A stretch of 63,630 nt of DNA, counting the filler, from Polymyxa betae A26-41 (lineage: Eukaryota > Protista > Endomyxa: Phytomyxea): NCBI GenBank assembly GCA_003693705.1. It is 13 parts of 13 records of this genome, joined end to end, with 100 filler letters (N's around TTAATTAATTAA, not from the genome) between each part and the next. Parts side by side here need not be neighbours in the genome. Positions count along the whole stretch, not along the records: positions 46,636 to 51,837 come from RBZT01000032.1; positions 51,938 to 54,289 come from RBZT01000885.1; positions 54,390 to 56,887 come from RBZT01001001.1; positions 56,988 to 59,909 come from RBZT01000049.1; positions 60,010 to 61,962 come from RBZT01000034.1; 8 more parts are not named here. One strand, 5' to 3'. The notes beneath the pieces are model-generated. The model did not search any database, was not told where the DNA came from, and worked only from the letters and a program-made list of their open reading frames with translations. Shown piece by piece: positions 49,376 to 62,062 of this stretch. Every line of letters starts with the position of its first letter. Position 1 is the stretch's first letter. The translations under genes and the position numbers were made by a program.

Positions 49376-49912
49376 TTATTTGTTGAAGGCGACCATGGCC
49401 GCTGTTACCTCGGCTTCTGTGTAATAATCTCCCGATTGACAGTATCCATAAGCGGAGACGAACGCCGGATAATCGCCACTGAAATGCGATGAGCAGTACA
49501 GATAGTCGGCCTGAGCTTGAGCGGCGCCCTCATCGGTCGATGCACGAAACATGAGATTATCGGCTCGGTGATATTCTTTATAGCCAGATCGGGAGTGAAC
49601 AGCGGCGACTAATTGGACGATCGCCTCCGAGCATGGCCTCGGGCATTTGTCGTCGATTGAGGAACCGCACGAAGCCAGCGCCTGCATTCGCGTCGAGAAC
49701 GCCTCCGGGCAGGATTTCGATCGGAACTGACAGGTGCCGGTCGTACTGTCCCAGACGCAATAGAACGAGACCGGATTGCCGCGGACGCGCGCACACGATT
49801 GTGAGGTCATCATGGTGGAATTGCAGAGGTTGTCGTACAGGTTCGGGGCGTTCTGCGCCCGAATCGAGACTGCCAGAATCAGCAGAGGAAGGAGACACCA
49901 CAGCGGCTTCAT
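49376..49912 (-). CDS. Small secreted cysteine-rich protein (178 aa)
   Basis: The likely true start is the ATG at 49912 (MKPLWCLLPLLILAVSIRA); 10 Cys in the mature part; GC-rich codon usage. Confidence 0.8.
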   Translation of the reverse strand: MKPLWCLLPLLILAVSIRAQNAPNLYDNLCNSTMMTSQSCARVRGNPVSFYCVWDSTTGTCQFRSKSCPEAFSTRMQALASCGSSIDDKCPRPCSEAIVQLVAAVHSRSGYKEYHRADNLMFRASTDEGAAQAQADYLYCSSHFSGDYPAFVSAYGYCQSGDYYTEAEVTAAMVAFNK

Positions 49913-51788
49913 TTGTATGATGGACACGGAGGAGATGGGGCCAGTCTTACCCGAATTGATCGACAGGTAGGGTGCGATGGGGTTGGAATATCGGGATGTA
50001 CCTCGATCGATCTCGATCAGCAATGCAGCTCTGCTGTTTTATCAAAAAAATAAAAACTCATTATCAATTTTTTTTTTGAATGAATTTAATACAAAGACGC
50101 CGGTCAATGAAAACTTCAAACCGGACGTGGCTGATTCTAGGGGCAAACCCTAATGGAGTGACCTTAATCCGATGTGGCTTTAACTAATCATGGTCATTAC
50201 GAAGGCAACTTCCGTTTACTCACACAACAGATGCCATTTCATTCAATGCTCCTGGAGCTCTTGTTCGATTGCTTGAACGCCGCTGGATTTGGGAATGTCT
50301 GCTTTATCCGGCTGACAGAGACCGATTATGGAAGATGTCAATGCAAGAGAGCAACGATTGAGAGAACATGTTGTGCTCTTAAGGCTCCTTTCCCAGAATC
50401 AATGACTTTCAATAACTGTTTTTTCATTTCTCTTGACCGATTAGAACAAAAGTTAACTCGAGATCTATCAAATTAAATATAATGTTGATAACCCTTATCA
50501 AAAGCAGCTGACGAATTATATCAACCTCAAGAGAGATTTGCGTTATTTGCTGATTCTTCCCATCGTTGACGTTCAGCCAGAGCCCATTGTCATATTATTC
50601 CAGCTGCTGCCTTAGTTTCAACTCCCTTAAAGATGTCTTTTGTTTTTCTAAGCATTTGTTTAAAGCTCTAAAAGCGTACATTGTTCTTATGACAGGTCAT
50701 TTGATGACGTTGAAGTTTCTGCTCCTGAAGACCCATCTCAGATTGTTCTCTGCAAGCGAGAAGTCGTTCTCTTGCTCAGGTGTTTTCTCATGCGTGTGTA
50801 ATCAGGACCAATTTCGTTGGCACATAGCGAGTTAATTCGATAGTAGTACCACATCTCCGTAATATCACAGAATCGGACAAGAAGGCTAAGGGTTCTAGGG
50901 TTTCACTTTCCCTCTCACTGCGATGCTCTCCTTGTCAACAGGCAGAAATCCATGTTAAGCATTATTATGTTAACCTTTCGTAAGATTCCGATTAGCAGGC
51001 TCGTATCTATTCCTCAAATTTTGTCCGAATTAACGCTTGCACGGCTCCCAAACCCGATCGCAACTCTGAGCATGATTGATTGAGTAAGCAATTGAGAAAA
51101 CATGGCAACAATCGAGATTTCATACCGCTCGAAGATCTTATCGGCTATCTGCAATCCACGAGGTAATCTGTAACCAAAAGCAAAGTGAAGAAATCTGAGC
51201 CTGATGGAGTTGTTCCCATCTGGGAAAGAGGCCGCAAGACATTATAATGAAGCCTCCAACCTGCGACTCCAAAAAATCGCTGTTGATCATTCCAACAACG
51301 ATTCGCAGCTGCTAATTCAATGTCAATATCTCCATACAGAAGTCGAGATTCCCTATTCAGAATTAATGTTGATGGAATTTGCCTGGTGTCATACCCAGAC
51401 CGGATTAACAGCTCATGCAGCCAATTCGGCCCTTATCAGGAATAGAAAGCCGGATTTGCTAAAGCAAAGCCAGAGTGATCCAAGGCGGGTCGGTGTCGAG
51501 TGATGAATCAAAGAGTACCTGAATCTTGGATTCAGGTCGGCAAAGGTGCTGATACAGAGACCAATACCGGAAACTGGTAGAACTGGTTAAAAACAACTTT
51601 TGAAATCGGGGAAATCAGATATCTTTTATGCACTATATTTTCCACTGAACGATTCGCTGTCGTGCTGCACACAAGTACGCCTCGATCCCCTATATTTGAT
51701 ATTCATATTTTCAATTGGTTTTGCTCAAATTTTCAACGGATTTCTGTGTAGAATGAATATTGTAACAGATACTACTAATGGGATCGTT

Positions 51789-51837
51789 TGTATAAAGCAG
51801 TGACAGATTATGTCTTTATAACTAAATTAGGGTTACA
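51789..51837 (-). repeat. Inverted repeat copy, partner of 46636-46683
   Basis: Reverse-complement match with a few mostly C/T differences. Confidence 0.85.
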
Positions 51838-51967
51838 NNNNNNNNNNNNNNNNNNNNNNNNNNNNNNNNNNNNNNNNNNNNTTAATTAATTAANNNNNNN
51901 NNNNNNNNNNNNNNNNNNNNNNNNNNNNNNNNNNNNNTAGAAGCTTATCTAGCGGAATTCTCTCATA

Positions 51968-52482
51968 TGTCATGCCCATTGAGCATGACAGTACTCGCAG
52001 CCGCCCAGCCGACCACCAGGCAGTCGTACTGGCCCTTCCTGACGGGCTGCGCAGAGGGCTGCGCCCCTGCTGACGATTCCTATAGGGGAAGAGCCCTAAC
52101 TGTCACGGACTGCGCGGGTCCCCTCGTCTCCCTACTAAGAATGGCGAGGAGCGGCCTCCACGCAACCATTCCGATCAACTCCAAAGTTCATACGTTTTTC
52201 ATCTCGTCTCCGACTCTCTATTGCTTCGTTCTCTCGCCTCGCCTCACCTCCGACTCCCCTCCGACCGTCNNCCTCCGTCTCACCGGCACAGCTCCGTACG
52301 TCCTTCCTACCCTCCACTACGATCCCCTCACCGCTCCACTCCGTGCCCCGCCGCTCCGCCTCCGAGGACTCCCTGACGTCGCTCCGTTGCAGGACACCGG
52401 TCCCCGCGTCCTACCCTCTGATCCCGAGTCATCGCACCGCTTATCTAACCAATAAAAGGGGACTTTTTACTCGATCCTAACA
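51968..52482 (+). mobile_element. LTR family B, possibly two nested LTRs
   Basis: TGTCATG start shared with 11778-11830, AATAAA at 52451, end ...CTAACA; a second TGTCAC at 52101 follows a purine tract. Confidence 0.65.
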
Positions 52483-53430
52483 CACCGACCACCTCACGAT
52501 GGTTTTTTCCCTTGCGTAGTCCCTTGAAGACGAGGAAAACCGGAAGCTTCTCGCCCGTTAACGTGACCTCCAGCAGAGCGGTGGCACGCCCGGAGGAGCG
52601 ATTGCCGGTCACAGCAATGGTTCGCCGACCACGACGAGACAAAGTTGTTTTGGCCGGAAGATCAAACTGAAGGTCTGTTTCGTCGATATTGACCACGAAC
52701 TCTGGTGGAATTGCCATCATTGTGATATGAACATTGACAACAGCAACGAAGTCGTCAATGATGGTAGCCTCGTGTCGCGTGTTCTGGGAGACATGGGTTG
52801 CACGCCTCTGTACAAACCCTTCTCTCTCGACAAACCGATAAATTCGTTGCCTGAGAGCCCAATCATTGCCGACACAAAAATATGGCTGGAATCTAAAGAT
52901 AAAATGAACTTATTCTTATAATACTATCCTAATAATCGTGAAAACAAAAAGCCATTACCGACGAACTTCATGAAAAAGCATCGATCCAGTGACAGCATGG
53001 TCTCGCAGCCGTATTTGATCAATAAATTCTCGATGATGATCCCAAACATCTTAGCCCTCTACGATGGCCTGAACGGAAGACAGCGGTCGGTGCATTCTGG
53101 CCCGACGGTCGATGTCATCGCTGATGTCCAGCAGCTTCTTCCATCTTTTGATATTTCGCCAGTCGACGCCATATTTCTTTCCTGCTTGATACAGCGCCCC
53201 AAGGCGTTCAAATGCTTCATTGACAATGGCTATTTTCTCTCCAATTGTAAAACGACAGATATTGCGGCCCATGGTGCAATGATGATATGCAATCCGCACA
53301 TGGTTCAAATCGTCGTAGCCCGCGCCTTTTTTGGCGCCGTTTTCAGACGAATTTATGCAAATAAAGAATTTATTTCTTGCCCAACTAACCCCTTTCATAC
53401 AGAAAAAAGGCCGCGGTCTGCACATTAGTA
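52483..53430 (-). pseudogene. pogo-like transposase remnant (HTH + DDE_1 N-half)
   Basis: FTIGEKIAIV...KKYGVDWRNIKRW; VVNIDET; GEKLPVFLVFKG. Confidence 0.85.
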
Positions 53431-53990
53431 GGGGTTATTTCGGCAAGAATTACGGTAGTTCTGAACAAATCTGCGGCAAAACCCCAGTTTTGTGTTGTTG
53501 CCAAACTCACTATAAAAGCGCTTGTTTTAAACTGCACAAAGAGCCCAAAATTCAGCTCATTTCGCCTCGGAGCCGTACTCCTGAGGGATTTCTCAATGTT
53601 TCCTCTTTGATACGACCAACACCGGAGCTGCGCAAGGATGACTGGACAGAGATTGTCGCAGATTTCTGCGGATTCCCAACGTTTATCTGCCTTTTAGAAA
53701 GCAACCTGCGTGCATCCTGCGAAACGACAGAACTGCGCGCAGGGGTTGTTCAGGTCGATGTTGTCAAGACATCAAGCCAAGGCAGGTAGGTGTACACGAC
53801 AAGTGGGTGCATGGTAACTTGGCTCGAGTCATGCATGGCCACGAACCACAGGACTTCTCAAGCACTGAACCGGAGTTGTTATAACCCTGATCCGCACTCC
53901 GTGGAGTGCATATTATGCACTTTTCGTTTTCAACGATTTGTGAAACCTCTGAGGGAGCTCTTGAGCCCCAATCAATACTATATTGATGCT

Positions 53991-54289
53991 TGTATCAGAT
54001 TTATTAAAACAATAATATACAATTCTGAATTCCCAAAAAACAGCGTACGCAGTTTGACGAACTGCGCACGCAATGGCTCCTGATGACGGACGCATCAATC
54101 TGATGCATAACAAAGATGCGAACCTGATGGAAGTATGACGATGTACCTTAATATTAATAGGCTCGACCCGCGAGAGGTCCGTACGGCATCCGTACGGACC
54201 GAGCTGAGTTTGGGTCCTGGGATTCGAGCTGGAATAAATCAGAGTTGATAACGAGCTGTAATTCGTGTGTGTCATTTTAGTAGCGTATC
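53991..54289 (+). mobile_element. LTR family A copy, truncated by contig end
   Basis: Reverse complement of about 79-378 with few substitutions. Confidence 0.75.
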
Positions 54290-54389
54290 NNNNNNNNNNN
54301 NNNNNNNNNNNNNNNNNNNNNNNNNNNNNNNNNTTAATTAATTAANNNNNNNNNNNNNNNNNNNNNNNNNNNNNNNNNNNNNNNNNNNN

Positions 54390-56887
54390 TGATCAATTCG
54401 TATTGATACATCTTTTGGTACAGATACACGTAAGCCAGAACACCCAGCTTCAATAACAATCTCTCCGTTGAGCCTGGCAGTTACAGAGCGACCACCCGCA
54501 AATGATTTCACAACATCGCCATTGGCCATAGACAAGACCTTGACTCCATCCACATAATCTTGGCGCAGGACAGAAGTCTTACAGGTTTCGTACAACACTG
54601 CGGGCGGTTTGATTTTCAAGATACTGAGACGGTCTTTAGTATCGATAAAATAAAAATAGGGAGGCTTACCCAGACAGGTCAGTAAGCCTTGTATAAAGCA
54701 CGTTGTCAATTGGTAATTGTTGCGAAAAGACGGATGGAGCGATGATAGTTTTAGAGTTGAGATGCAGCTGGTCAATAGTTAACCTTTTTTAAGAAGGCAT
54801 CAGAACATGTTGAAGCGCGTTCAAGCTGATTTACGTCGGCACTTGTGGTTCATCAATTAGACAGCAAGCTGACAGCCGAGAGACAGCGGGATGCATTGCT
54901 GAAACTGCCAAAGCAGAAGCAGAATTATAGGCGGCCATCTCGAGTAATATTTTCCCGGCTAGTTTAAGGAACGTCCTCGGCTGCAGATCCAGAAGATTGA
55001 CCGCTGGATAGACAACAACCGTTCTAGGATAACAACTCTTAATAACGCATAATCAATCGGCAGACTGTGAGAAAATACTTTGCCTGATTCGTCGAGTCCC
55101 GCAAAAATGCCAGTTTTGGATTTGTGCAGCGTAGCATGATATCTGATCCAGATTTGCCAATGCCTGTGGCCAAGATCCTGTAGCCGACTCAGTAATAATA
55201 ATAATGCTAAAAGATACCACGAATCTACCTCGCACACTGGACTGGTTTTTAACAAAGCGACACAAGATGTTATCGAGAGCCGTGTTGCAATGTGGCTGGC
55301 AGATGCAGCAATCACACAAAAGAGCTTCCGCCGCCGACATTGTAATGAGCGGCGCCAACGACTATATGTCAATGAAGAGAAGAGAAGGCACAGGAAAACT
55401 TGCACAATACATGACAATCCGGGATCTAGAGTGAAGATCACCAAATTTCCCATAGATATCAGAAGACGCAAATTTGTCTGCGATCTGATTCAATCTGGCG
55501 GTAATAGCCTGTTTATCCGACTTCCACCAATTGCTATGAGAATCATCTACCAAACAGTAAGCACTAGATGTGTGCAATGATTGTATATAAATTATATGGT
55601 CCGTACGAGGTTTACAACCGCCAGTTTTTGTAGACGGGATAGCAATAGCACCATGGCCACCAGAACGACTGGGTGGTGGTATTGGTGGAGATGGACCTAG
55701 GCTTTGATCCGGCCTGTCACCATCAGATAAATACAAATTAGTATTTATGAGGTGAGTAAAGGTGAGTAGGTGACCTCTCAAATCTGCGTATTTCTCTATA
55801 TAGTATTGTTACCTGTACTTGGACCCGATGATGATGATGTCAATCTAAATCTGGTAGCAGGTTGATTACAGCGCCAGGTTCGGGCTCGATTTAGACCAAA
55901 TCTATAGGATAAACGTGCTGCCCTGATATTCAGTTGATTAAATACATTTCATATAATACATATTGATAAACCGTAACGAACTTGAATGCACCACGATAGA
56001 CTGCCAAAGTAACCATCTGATTAAATGCCTGTAGACCACGCCGACGATACTTATATTCGTGTTGATAGTTAGTGACGTTGCCTTCCATGTGAATTCGAAT
56101 CCGTTCCTCGATACATTCTCCCATCCAAGATATAAGTGGCTGCGCCAACCATTTCCCAGTAATGAAACTGACAGTGATCTGGGCCGCCCAACAGTTGCTA
56201 AAGCAACCAGATCGACTAGCTGCCTCAGTTGCCATAGCACGAGCATCATCGACATATTCTGTATTTCAGAGTTGCTTTTAGCTGCTGATGTCAAGATAAG
56301 TAATTGCTTTGAATTCATTTGCACTGTACTGTTTGGGTTAAGAGCTCTTGACGTTTCGAAGCCAATGTATGTACTGTTTCGCATGCATGATATGGTTAAG
56401 CTTTGCGGCTACAATAGCTTGATTGACAATTGTTTGGTTATCAAAGTAAACTTCACTGTTGCTAATGCTTGCAGTTTGCTGGATTGCTCGAATCCTCATG
56501 ATGTCATTTAGTGTGAGCCCCCGAGATCGCTTTCAGCGTTGCTAACTTCAAGATACTAACAGCAGATGCCTTTGGCGAGGGGGGTGGTCCTGTCATATTC
56601 TACCCAGAACCTCAATCTGCTCTTACTTGATGGCTGTCCTGGTACGTTTACCTTTTCTTGATTTTCATCATGGTTTTATTTCATCTCGCGGGTCTGTTCA
56701 TCCATTATCATGGGTCAAATTTTGAATATTTCTCTCAGTGAGAGTAGCTGGAATCATCTATTGAATGCATAGATATGGGGTATTCGCCAAACCTGCTCTT
56801 CAAGAACAATTTCCAGTCTAATGTTATCTGTTTTCTTCAAAGGTAAACCCATTGGGACACTCATCTTTGATAGATGAATGTCATTAC
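54390..56887 (-). other. Fragments of an unidentified multi-exon gene or pseudogene
   Basis: Protein-like minus-strand ORF pieces separated by intron-like stretches; no family recognised. Confidence 0.35.
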
Positions 56888-57088
56888 NNNNNNNNNNNNN
56901 NNNNNNNNNNNNNNNNNNNNNNNNNNNNNNNTTAATTAATTAANNNNNNNNNNNNNNNNNNNNNNNNNNNNNNNNNNNNNNNNNNNNCCACTTCTTTAGT
57001 GATATCAATACTCTCACATCTATCTCTCCTCTCTTTAGAATCTACGCCGCCTAACAGATTAAGAGTCCCAGCGCTCTCGTGCATCAAC

Positions 57089-57450
57089 ATGACTGTAGCT
57101 ACGCGTCAAGGAGCAAGACAGGAAGACATGCAAGCCGAGCTTCCGAGCAACCGGAGAGCGAGCAGGAACGTAAGCCGGACTTTAAGCCGAAACGTAAACC
57201 AACGCCGATGGCTCTATCGCCGATGTGGCGTCCTTCAAATTGTCGTAGCAATCCTACACCTCGATCATGAAGATTCCCTTCATAGTCAGCTCCGAGTTGC
57301 AGATGCCAACTCAATTTACGGCGACGGCTTGTTCGGCAATAGTTTCCGCTGTACCAAATCATCTTTCGATCGTATTGTTGAGCTCATAGAGCAGCACTAT
57401 CTGCAAATAAACGAGTCTCTGAATGTCGTTACGGATTTTCGGGATAGAGA
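57089..57450 (+). pseudogene. N-terminal fragment of a Harbinger-like transposase
   Basis: LFGNSFRCTKSSFDRIVELI fits the FxxxFRxxxxxFxxLxxxL motif. Confidence 0.45.
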
Positions 57451-57589
57451 CTGCCCACACAACGCAGTTTGCAGAACTCGAGATCTCATTTATTTACTTC
57501 ATTTGTCATTTTCAGAGCCTGGTCCAAGTAGGAAAATGAGGAAACCAATGCGCAACCTTCCAATCTGATTCTCTCTCTATTTTTAGCTT

Positions 57590-58073
57590 CGCATTTATGG
57601 AAGATATGCTCCGTGACCTCATTTTCAATAACGAACCTGCTAGATGCATCCATAACTATGTGTGCAGCCTTGCATCACGGAGATGGGCATTTATATTGTA
57701 TTTTCATGTCTCGTTCAAAAGAACTTTGGCATCAATTTCTTTCGTTAAATCCCCGAAAAGCGATCTTATTGAATCTTGTCGCAAAAGCAGTGACCCTGTA
57801 TCAGTATGAGCTGTGCGCTGGCATTGATAAAATTCAGTATCATTGCCCTGTCAGCGATGCCATAGTTGATCGACACTAAATTCAAGAATGACGGATCGAC
57901 ACCAAATTCAAGAAGGACGGATCTGTCAAAAATTCGCATGCTGCCCTCTCATTCAATGCTCTCAGAAAATCCGAAGTTTGTTGACCGATCACCGTAAGCG
58001 ATTGCTCCCGGACAATACCGGTTTATTTTTTGAAGTTTACCAGGCCGCATACGCATTCTTGGGACTTTATTAA
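57590..58073 (+). pseudogene. Possible hAT-like transposase C-terminal remnant
   Basis: ELCAGIDKIQ and SLLTDHRKRLLPDN resemble C-terminal motifs of oomycete-type hAT proteins. Confidence 0.3.
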
Positions 58074-59649
58074 AAGATGCTTATTGCATACAAAAAGAAG
58101 TAGAAAGGTTTTGCTGACGGTTGGCATACGTGTTGAAGGGGCAAGGTGTGGGAAGATGGTAGCAGATAACTGAACCAATGTCACAAACCTGAGATTGATG
58201 TTGGGGCTCAGAGGCGACCGATAAAACAGCACAAGCGGATCAATTAAGGTGATCTTCGTTCTGCTGAATGCTAGGCCGGGTGGGTGCAGCGATACCCTTT
58301 CCTGCTCGAGCTCGGCGGGAGTTGCATGGACAAGGAGACGTCTGAACCAGGACGCCATAGCAGCAACAAAAGAGTGCCTCGTCAGTTGTACAGAGAATCA
58401 AGAAGGCACTAGAAGTTGGGCCCCTACATGGGCTCTGCGCGTAAACAGGCCGCGCCGAAAACGATTAACCGTGCAGAAATGCAATTGTTCTGAAATTGAA
58501 TAGCAATCTTTGGGATTTTTGGCACTTTTGACCTACCCAGAATCCGATTAGGAAAAGATAGTTCTGAAAAAATTTCTTCCGTATTCAAGAATAATTTCTT
58601 TTATAATAAAACATTCCATGAATTACTTATTGCCCCATTGGGAAAAAAATATTGTCAGGAAGGAATACGAAGAATTCGTTATAAACAATTAATGCTTCCC
58701 AACCCCTGATTTGTCATACTTCGTTGCTATAGATCAGGACTGCATCGTAAAAAAGACTTTCAGGTGGTTCCCGAATTCCAAAGGAAACGCTCGAATAAAA
58801 GATTCAATAGCTAAAAAAGTAGAGCACGTGCAAGTAAGTTGAAAACCGCAAAGAGAATTGTCCTTGTCCTACATCCTGCTGGTGAGAGAGAGAGAGTCGG
58901 GGAGACAAGGTAATCTGCGATGCACGCAAAGCTATATGTGCAACTAGATTCTAGACGCCCCTTACAGGTTCGTTTCAATAAATGTGATGGCAAAATCTGC
59001 AGAAATGCACCTCACGCAGTCCGCATTTGAAGGACCTCATTAAATAATGTATCATTAGCAACGGGAAATGTTTCTATCCGCGCGCTGATGGAGTTGTCAT
59101 TCTACAAAAATTCGGTGCTGTTGAGGGCCGAATATCAAATCATCCAATTTGGCAGCATGCACTGTTTTCTTCGGATATCTACAGGCAATGTGACCATAAT
59201 CTGCTTCAGGAGATAGAGGAAAGCTCTGATCCATCAGAAAGTCTACTTCAGAAGGCCATGCCAGCATTGTCAGAAAAAATTACTGCTGTTCACTCTGATC
59301 GGAAATCTGCAACGACCAGTTCATTAGCTCCGATATCACAAAACGTTGAGACATTACAAACGCATCCAAACGATATTCTATCTGGGTAATCTGGCACGGT
59401 CTTAATTTCTCTAGATACCAATTGTCGTGCCCACGACAATCTCGGAGCCGCAATCCAGAATCGCCGGGTCCCCACCGCCAATGTCCGCGGAAAGGACGCG
59501 TGCCAGCAGGTCGCTGCGGCCCCGTCGTGCTGTCCAAGGCACGCGCCTTATGAATTTGTGAAGTTTTCCGCGACCCGCCAAAGCCAGTCTTTTTCTTGCT
59601 CCCTACTCCAGACAACTTCTTTTCTACTTACAATCACCAATAAAGGATC

Positions 59650-59909
59650 TTAACGTCCCAACAGCAACAAATTGCCGAACTGCAGTTACTGCTCCACAAT
59701 TCAATCAACAGCAATCGCCAGGCTCCTACCGCGACTGAGACCCGGGTCCCACTGCCCGAGCCTTTCGACGGATCCCGCCAACGAGTTCGTGGATTCATAA
59801 ACCAGATTCGCTTAGTCCTTTCCCAACGGCCGCAATCATACGACACCGACACCAAGCGCGTTACCCTTGTGGGTACTCTTCTCACAGGTGATGCGTTAAC
59901 CTGGTTCTC
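59650..59909 (+). mobile_element. Ty3/gypsy gag N-terminus (not in the ORF track)
   Basis: RVPLPEPFDGSRQRVRGFINQIRLVLSQRPQSYDTDTKRVTLVGTLLTGDALTWF. Confidence 0.88.
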
Positions 59910-60009
59910 NNNNNNNNNNNNNNNNNNNNNNNNNNNNNNNNNNNNNNNNNNNNTTAATTAATTAANNNNNNNNNNNNNNNNNNNNNNNNNNNNNNNNNNN
60001 NNNNNNNNN

Positions 60010-61962
60010 CTTATCTTTGTGAACCAGTTGGCGGCAGCAAACCAAACTGTATCGTGGGATTGCACTGTTGCCACCTTAACTTGCATCATATGGTTGCTTG
60101 TTTTCAATGCTTTGTTTCGCTCGTATTCCCGAGAGCGAAATATTCTACCGCTATGCATTATTCGTTTGATGCTGGCAAATTCCCCTATCCAACAGTGGTG
60201 GTGAGACCCGAAAACGTAAGAGCTCTTTCTGAAATCTTATTAACTTTCCAATTATGTATGTGTTTATTTTAATGTCAAGTTCCAAATTGAAATTAAAGCC
60301 GGCAATGGTGATTTACATCTAACTCTAAAAACTTCCCCAAAAGGCCATATTACAATAAACGAACGATATAACAAACTTACCTTGCAATGCGGCTATTAAT
60401 GATTTGTCGAATCCTGCATAAAATGAGAAACGCAATCAAGTCATCCCTGTTGCGTTGGAAAAATGCAATCGGTTGTGCTTGCAATCTCTCGTCGCTGAAT
60501 GAAGTTCCAATTTTGGAATTCACAGCCATCACAGCGTGACGATATTCTTCAAAGCTGTGGAACAGATCTTCGTGGAACTTCCCAGCGATAAAATAAATAT
60601 TGGTCAACTGTCCACACTCAAGTTGATACCTATCTGCGAATCGCTTTGATTAAAAACAACGGAAGCACTTTCGGAATTGCCTTCGTGAACATCTTCTCCT
60701 GCTGTCCCGAAAGTCCATATTCTTTCGGCACTATGGGAGAATTGTTGATGATGCTCATACCTAAATTGCTTCTGAGTCATCATCGATATTGTTGACCGTT
60801 GGTTACCTGAAACAGGCTACAATAACCTGTTCGTAGAATTTCTTCATAATGTTCACAGCTTGGCCTTTGAAGGCGTGGCTCATCGATTTTGTCGGTCTCA
60901 TAAACCGCTCAGACCAAAAATTCCATGACGTTCCTGTTAAAGGCCCTAAATCTTGAAGCAAATAGGGAACTATGTGCAAAATTACATGCACAGGAAGAGT
61001 CATGAACATACAAGGAAGTTGCTGTTCAACATGCTTAGGTTAGGATTGAGTGAGAATAGCAATAAAGCCTAACCTCTTCAAGCAATGTTAGAGCTTCTGT
61101 GAGCTCAACCTGGAAGTTTTCTAAACCCGAACGCTTGGCAACCAAGCAGAAGCAATCTGATAGCTTGTCAAAGAACAAATAAAGCACTTTCTGGAATTGT
61201 CTGGAACAGCTATCAGTTCCGAATAAACCTTTGGTCAAAAATTTAAATAATCCATGCAGCATTTTATGCCATTGCGCGTTCCTATTGACGACTTGAGATG
61301 ATACATATGGATTGAACAGCTCGGGACATCCTAGACTACCGTTTCAGCATGGTTTGTACCCCAATTAGATAAATTAAACATGCATTCTGGAGCTCTGAGC
61401 ATTTTAAGTCTGGCTGTTATCTCAGCCCGGCTGCCTTTAATCAATGCCCATGGCAAGCGCGTGCTGTAGTCCCACACAGTCGCCAGCCGATTCAGTGCTC
61501 TCTCAGCATCATGAGCTTCTTCATCAAAAACTAGCCCGGAGCCACTTGCCTCACAGTCCAGCGCTCCAATCAGCGTTTTGGCCACGTTCTATAACTGACA
61601 TAAATCGCCAATTGGATTTCAATACAGTTGCTCTTACGCCTAAATGATGCATATAATCAGACTTGAATTGGCGGCAGGGATTCCATCCGGAAGACAAGTG
61701 TTTGGACAAGGCATCAACGCCAAAAAAGCCTGAACGTCTGTACGGATGATGTTGATCCTTTGTTCGGTCATATAGCTTCACATCTTTGCCTCCCTTTAGT
61801 AATTGCTGCATCGTTTCTTCGATCTTACGCATTTCGTAGTTCTCTGATTCAGTCCCTGAATATGATTGTAAGATTAGCAGGAAACAAAAGCCATAATCAA
61901 TCACCTATGGAGCGCATTTCTTCTAGTGTAAAGAACTCTGGTGCTGAACTTTTTCGACTCAA
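60010..61962 (-). pseudogene. CACTA/EnSpm-like transposase pseudogene with introns
   Basis: HPYRRSGFFG, SDYMH, AQWHKML, PVHVILHIVPYLLQDLGPLTGTSWNFWSERFM (DUF4218-like motif). Confidence 0.7.
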
Positions 61963-62062
61963 NNNNNNNNNNNNNNNNNNNNNNNNNNNNNNNNNNNNNN
62001 NNNNNNTTAATTAATTAANNNNNNNNNNNNNNNNNNNNNNNNNNNNNNNNNNNNNNNNNNNN

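Noticed and set aside
46636-51837. Telomere-capped nanochromosome or linear plasmid
   Set aside because: Only one AACCCTAA unit at each end, no tandem telomere tract and no replication gene.
53628-53642. U6 snRNA (CTGCGCAAGGATGAC match)
   Set aside because: Only 15 nt match; the ACAGAGA box and flanks are not in the expected order.
5064-62062. Regularly recurring TTAATTAATTAA palindrome as a biological repeat
   Set aside because: It is always centred in N-runs of fixed length, so it is an assembly linker. ORFs ending in X...LIN are artefacts.
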